Translations under genes and position numbers: made by a program | Source: Mobula hypostoma | Taxonomy: Eukaryota | Direction: 5' to 3' | NCBI RefSeq assembly: GCF_963921235.1 | Contig: NC_086108.1 | Coordinates: forward strand, 72,604,001-72,668,000 | DNA length: 64,000 bases | In this document: in pieces, positions 62,787-64,000 of the stretch | How positions within the stretch are numbered: the first letter of the stretch is position 1 | How the letters are laid out: each line of letters begins with the position of its first letter | Notes under the pieces: model-generated | The model's input: only the letters and a program-made list of their open reading frames with translations | Database searches by the model: none | What the model was told of the DNA's origin: nothing

Positions 62787-64000
62787 TTTACTTTACTTTA
62801 TTACTTTATTGTCAACAAACAATTGATACTAGAGCATACAATCATCACAGCGATATTTCATTCTGCGCTTGGCGCTCCCTGGAGTACAAATCAATAGTAA
62901 ATATAATAAAAATTTAAATTATAAATCATAAATAGAAAATAGAAAATGGAAAGTAAGATAGTGCAAAAAAACCGAGAGGCAGGTCCGGATATTTGGAGGG
63001 TACGGCCCAGATCGGGGTCTGGATCCGTTCAGCAGTCTTATGACAGTTGGAAAGAAGCTGTTCCCAAATCTGGCTGTACGAGTCTTCAAGCTCCTGAGCC
63101 TTCTCCCGGAGGGAAGAGGTCCGAAAAGTGTGTTGGCTGGGTGGGTAGGGTCCTTGATTATCCTGGCAGCACTGCTCCGACAGCGTGTGGTGTAAAGTGA
63201 GTCTAACGACGGAAGATTGGTTTGTGTGTTGTGCTGCGCCGTGTTCACGATCTTCTGCAGCTTCTTCCGGTCTTGGACAGGACAACTTCCATACCAGGTT
63301 GTGATGCACCCTTGAAGAATGTTTTCTACGGTGCATCTATAAAAATTAGTGATGGTTTTAGGGGACAGGCCAAATTTCTTTAGCTTTCTCAGGAAGTAAA
63401 GGTGCTGGTGGGCCTTCTTGGCAATGGACTCTGCTTGGCTGGACCAAGTCAGGTCATTTGTGATATTGACCCCGAGGAACTTAAAGCTTCTGACCTGTTC
63501 CACCTACGCACCACTGATGTAGATGGGGTCATGCGGTCTGCTACTCCTTCTGAAGTCAACAACCAATTCCTTCATCTTGCTGACGTTGAGGGATAGGTTA
63601 TTGTCTTTGCACCATGCCACCAGGTTCTTAATTTCCTCTCTGTACTCAAACTCATCATTACCCGAGATACGGCCTACAATTGTGGTGTCATCAGCAAACT
63701 TATATATTGAGTTCGATGGAAACTTTGCTGCACAATCCTGGGTGTACACTGAATACAGCAGGGGGCTGAGTACACAGCCTTGTGGGGCACCGGTGCTCAG
63801 AGTGATTGTAGAGGAGAGCTTGTCCCCTATTTTTACAGCCTGGATCCTGTCTGTGAGGAAGTTGAAGATCCAGCTGCAGATCTTAGGATCTTAGTGCTAA
63901 GGCCCAGGTTCCAGAGCTTTGGAATCAGTTTATTTGGAATGATGGTATTAAAGGCAGAGCTGTAGTCAATGAAAAGGAGCCTTACATATGCGTCTTTATT
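62787..64000 (-). mobile_element. Young Rex1/Babar LINE, runs off the window end
   Basis: ORFs 63504-63749 ('[11 protein letters not shown]') and 62919-63503 are in frame, separated by one stop. An 8-bp duplication (gatcttag, ~63879-94) causes a frameshift. (GTAAA)n tail. Confidence 0.95.

Noticed and set aside
1..64000. Host protein-coding exons
   Set aside because: No non-TE ORF resembled a protein I recognise; short exons cannot be excluded without RNA-seq or homology search.

Overview
Repeat-rich, apparently non-genic vertebrate DNA (intron or intergenic). The repeat inventory (HER1-type CR1 LINEs, V-SINEs, Deu-domain SINE remnants, abundant Penelope-like elements, Rex1/Babar) points by inference to a cartilaginous fish, probably a ray. 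I recognise no host exon; every recognisable ORF in the track comes from a transposable element. Main elements: a full-length but decayed CsRn1-type Ty3/Gypsy element (30435-34722; 251-bp LTRs, CAAT TSD, tRNA-Trp PBS); an IR-DR Tc1 (8682-10243) nested in a Rex1 LINE; two internally deleted Tc1 copies; a Tigger/pogo derivative split by a Rex1 insertion; many CR1 and Rex1 fragments; and several SINEs. The most interesting signal is a set of Penelope-derived fold-back (inverted-repeat) insertions of about 130-1,470 bp, four with clear 9-14 bp TSDs. They carry minimal, helix-III-less hammerhead ribozyme motifs whose stems vary between subfamilies. Also notable are a near-perfect 67-nt hairpin at 48148-48214 and two ORF-less retroelements joining a YY1-like head to a LINE tail. 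All family names come from my own recognition, not from database searches.
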